Shown: one piece after another, positions 60,425 through 64,000 of the stretch
Numbering within the stretch: the stretch's first letter is position 1
Layout: each line of letters opens with the position of its first letter
DNA from: an uncultured Acidobacteriota bacterium
GTDB lineage: Bacteria > Acidobacteriota > Thermoanaerobaculia > Gp7-AA8
DNA: 64,000 nucleotides
Direction of reading: 5' to 3'
NCBI GenBank assembly: GCA_963822445.1
Contig: CAWGHO010000002.1
Coordinates: 128,001 to 192,000, forward strand
Translations under genes and position numbers: made by a program
Notes under the pieces: generated by a model
Told to the model about the DNA's origin: nothing
The model's input: only the letters and a program-made list of their open reading frames with translations
The model's database searches: none

Positions 60425-60454
60425 ATAGTAAGCTAAATTCATAGTCAATATCAA
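60425..60454 (-). promoter_or_regulatory. Putative promoter upstream of the hairpin and murF
   Basis: Minus strand TTGATA-18-TACTAT in an AT-rich patch at the murE stop. Confidence 0.45.
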
Positions 60455-61916
60455 GCTGATTTTTCGTATTGCTTTTTCAGAGCGATTTCCGCTTCCTCGC
60501 GGTCGTCGAAATGAATGACCTCGTCGCCGACCACCTGGTAGGTCTCGTGACCCTTCCCGGCGATGACGATGACCGCGTCCTGCGGTGCTGTATGAATGGC
60601 TCTCTCGATGGCTTCGCGCCGGTTCGGGATCTGCTGCACCGGCGCGGTCACGCCGCCGACGATCTCCTTGATGATCGCCTCCGGTTTTTCGCCGCGGGGG
60701 TTGTCGCTGGTGACGATCACCGTGTCGGCGAGCCGCGAGGCGATCTCCCCCATCTGCGGACGCTTGCCGCGGTCGCGATCGCCGCCGCAGCCGAAGACGA
60801 CCCAGACCTGCCGCTGGCCGGCGATCTCGCGAACCGCGTGCAGCAGCTTCTCGAGCGCGTCGGGTTTGTGGGCGTAGTCGACGATGACCGTCGGGCCCTT
60901 CGCCGATGCCACGCGCTCGAACCGGCCGCGCACGGATTTCAGGTTGCGGATGCCCGCTTCGATCGTGTCGATGGGCATGCCCACGACCAGCGCCGCGCCG
61001 ATCGCGCCGAGCCAGTTGTAGAGGTTCGGGAGGCCGAGGAGGTTGGAGTCGACGTTGATGTTGCCGTGCGGGGTGATGACCGTGCCGCGCAGGCCTTCGA
61101 CGCTGATCGTGAATCCATCGGCGGGACGGATGTCTGCTTCCGCCGTGCGGCCGAAGGTCAGCGCGTTCGCGCCGAGCTCGTTCGCCAGACGGCGGCCGTA
61201 CTCATCGTCGATGTTGACCACCGCGGTCTGCTTCGTCCGGTCGATCTGATCGAAGAGGATCCGTTTGGCGGCGAAGTAGTCCTCGAAGTCTTTGTGAAAG
61301 TCGAAATGCTCGCGGGAGAGATTGGTGAAGACCGCCGCCGCGAAGTTCACGCCGTGCGTGCGCTTGAGCGCGAGCGCGTGCGAGGACACTTCCATGACCG
61401 CGTTGCTTCACGCCGGCGGCGACCATCTTCGCGAACCACTCCTGCAGCACGACCGCGTCCGGAGTGGTGCGATCGGCGGTGAGGATGCTCGTCGCCGGCG
61501 CGGTATTCGATGGTGCCGATCAGGCCGACGGGCTCACCACTCGCATCGAAAACGGACTCGATCATCCGCGTCGTCGTCGTTTTCCCGGACGTGCCGGTCA
61601 CACCGACGAGCGAGAGCTTGTCCGCGGGACGGCCGTAGAAGTTGGCGGCGATGAGCGAGAGGGCGGCGCGCGCGTCATCGACGAAGGCAGTGGGCAGTGG
61701 GCAGTGGGCAGTGGGCAGGGAGACGATCGCTGAAGCGCCTTTTTCCACCGCCTGGGGGATGAACTCCGCGCCGTCCTTCGCGGTGCCGGGAATGGCCACG
61801 AACAACGCGCCGGGCTTGACCAGACGCGAGTCGGGCGTCACCGACGTGATGTCGAGGTCGAGGTCGCCGCTCGTGGAGCGCACCGGTACGTCGCGGAGGA
61901 GGTCGCGCAGGTTCAT
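60451..61916 (-). CDS. murE: MurE ligase (frameshifts near 61490 and 61403)
   Basis: DSR, TGTSGKTTT, MEVSSHAL, VDYAH, GCGGDRD, DNPR (DAP-specific) and AGKGHE motifs. Confidence 0.93.
61686..61720. repeat. Single tandem-heptamer arm inside murE
   Basis: ggcagtg x4 plus ggcaggg; encodes LPTAHCPLPTA in frame. Confidence 0.85.
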
Positions 61917-63859
61917 CCGCGCTCCTCCTGCGACAACGTCAGCGTCACCTGCCGGTTGGCCGGCAAAGCTCCGCCTGGAACTGGATCTTGTGAGGTAACC
62001 ACTCCGCTTCCGATGGCCCGGACCGTCAGTCCACTCGATACCGCTCTGGCGATGGCCGCGCGGGCGTCGAGACCGCGCAGATCGGGGACTGGATGCCGCG
62101 TCCGCAGCCGCCTTCGAAGATTGCGAAAACGCGGCCAGCAACGGGCGGCTCGATGCCGATCGATCGCGACGGAATCGACGGCGGAACTCCGAGGTAGCGC
62201 AGCGATCGCTTCGGCGATCTCGCGGAACACCGGCGCGGCCACGGTGCCGCCGTAATGCTGGCCGCGCGGCTCGTCGATCACGACCAGAATAGCCAGCCGC
62301 GGCCGGTCGGCGGGCACATAGCCGGCGAACGATCCGACGAAGCGGTCGAGCGAGTAGCCGCCGCGCGAGGCCTTCTGCGCCGTGCCGGTCTTGCCGGCCA
62401 CGACATGCTCGGCGAGCGCGGCGCTCTCTCCCGTTCCGCGGGAGACGACGTTCTTCAGAATCTCGTTGAGGACCGCCGCGGTTTTCTCCGACATCACCCG
62501 CTTCGGCGAGGGCCGCGGCGGCTCGTAGATCACGTTGCCGTCGTCGTCGATGACCTTGGCGACGATCCGCGGCTCGACGCGCAGGCCGCCCGTCGCGACG
62601 GACGCAACCGCGCGAACGACCTGCAGCGGCGTCACGCTGATCTCCTGGCCGATGGAGAGCGAGGCCGGCGAGACCTGCGACCATTTCTCGGCTGCCGCAG
62701 GATGCCGCCCTCTTCGCCGGGCAGCGGCAGGCCGGTCTTCTCGCCGAATCCGAACTTGCGGATCCAGTCGTACAGCCGCTGCTGCCCCGAGGGCCAGGCC
62801 GACGCGGACGGTGCCGACGTTCGACGAATTCACGATCACGTCTTCGAAGGACATCAGCCCGTACTGATGGTTGTCGTGCTCGCCGATGATCACGTTCGCG
62901 ACCTGGATCTGGCCGTTGCCGCAATCGAGCATCTGCGACGGCGTGACGATCTGTTCTTCGAGCCCCGCGGCCGCGGTCACGATCTTGAACGTCGAGCCGG
63001 GCTCGTAGACGTCGTGCACGTTGCGGTTGCGCCAGGCGACGTTGTGTGAACTCTTTGAATCGATTCGGATCGAACGTCGGATACGAGGCCATGGCCAGGA
63101 TCGCGCCGTCGTTCGGATCCATGACGATCACCGAGCCGCCCGTCGCCCGCCAGCTCTTCATCGCTTTTTCCAGCGAGCGCTCGGCGATGAACTGGATGAC
63201 CGAGTCGAGGGTGAGGACGACGTGGTGTCCGTCGCGCGGGCGGTTGGGACCGTCGCCGCCGACGAGATACATCGCCTTCCGCGCGTCCTTCAGCAGCGTC
63301 ACTTTCCCGGGCGTGCCTTTGACGTGCTGGTCGAAGGAGTGCTCGATGCCGCCAAGGCCTGTCGCCGTCGACGCCGACGTAGCCAATGACGTTTGCGGCG
63401 AGCGTCGCCCGCGGATAGGAGCGGCGCTGCGACTCGAGAAAGTAGATACCCGGGAGCTGCAGCTTCTTCACTTCCGCGCTGACTTCGAGCGGCAGTTGCC
63501 GCGCGATCCAGGCGAAGCTGCCGTCGCCCTGCAGCTTGGTCTCGAGCTCGCGCGCGGTCAGGCCGAGTGCTTTGACCTTGGCCAGTTTCCGGGCAACGGC
63601 GCGGCGATCGGAGATCGCTTGAGGATCGGCGTAGATCGACTCGGCGGCGAACGCTCTCGGCGAGGACGCGCTCGCGCGAATCGAGGATCGAGCCGCGGAC
63701 CGGATTCAGATCGAGGGTGCGCTCCTGCTGGCGTTGCGCGCGCGCGACGTAATGGTCGTGCTTCACCAGCTGCACGTGAACGAGGCGGGCAACGATCACC
63801 AGCGCCCAGGCGGCCAGGAACGCGAAGAGCTGGAGAAGACGGCGCTGGGAGACATTCAC
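61913..63859 (-). CDS. ftsI: FtsI/PBP3 with C-terminal PASTA domain (multiple frameshifts)
   Basis: RGSILD, EPGSTFK, SSN, IGQE, GKTGTAQ and VPDLRG...SQDP spread across several frames. Confidence 0.9.
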
Positions 63860-64000
63860 GGCGCCGTTCCTTCGAGCTTCCTGTTTGCGAGGTCCCGCTT
63901 CTGCGCGTCGACCAGCACGATCGCTTTCGGATCGGCCGGCTCGAAGGTGAGGGCCTTGGCCTTGGTCTCGACGGTCTCGAACGAGGTCAGCCGGTCCAGC
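63856..64000 (-). CDS. ftsL: Probable FtsL, C-terminal part (5' end outside the window)
   Basis: ...LDRLTSFETVETKAKGLTFEPADPKAIVLV...; its stop overlaps the ftsI start. Confidence 0.7.
   Translation of the reverse strand, partial: LDRLTSFETVETKAKALTFEPADPKAIVLVDAQKRDLANRKLEGTAP

Noticed and set aside
39074-63859. Programmed frameshifting or true pseudogenes in cell-wall genes
   Set aside because: There are no consistent slippery sites, several shifts occur per gene, motifs are intact, and the shifts cluster regionally, all of which point to consensus errors.

Overview
GC-rich bacterial chromosomal segment. The gene content and protein style suggest Acidobacteriota, possibly Thermoanaerobaculia (inference). 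It is mostly core genes: yceD-rpmF-plsX-fabD-fabG, three tandem GT4 glycosyltransferases, a tRNA nucleotidyltransferase, hpt, a formiminotransferase, uppP, rnj, asnS, a dynamin-like GTPase, rarA, ppiD/surA, mreBCD-mrdA-rodA, a Ser/Thr kinase, HU, guaA and the dcw cluster (ftsL-ftsI-murE-murF-mraY-murD-ftsW-murG-murC-ftsQ-ftsA-ftsZ), interspersed with secreted hypothetical proteins. The most unusual signal is non-coding. Five intergenic hairpins share one architecture (about 4 tandem copies of a 7-8 nt unit, a short spacer, then about 4 inverted copies) but use four different unit sequences, and two single arms lie inside rnj and murE. There are also at least four REP-like palindrome families: one flanks a REP-associated HUH tyrosine transposase (RAYT) and one is inserted in frame in a PLP dehydratase gene. 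Other observations are an unannotated 23-aa Lys-rich micro-ORF with its own promoter, RBS and terminator, a likely CC-adding (not CCA-adding) enzyme, two structured RNA candidates in the dcw cluster, and many leaderless-type promoters. Frameshifts in mrdA, rodA, murD, murF, murE and ftsI are most likely sequencing or assembly indels. No tRNA, rRNA or CRISPR array was seen.
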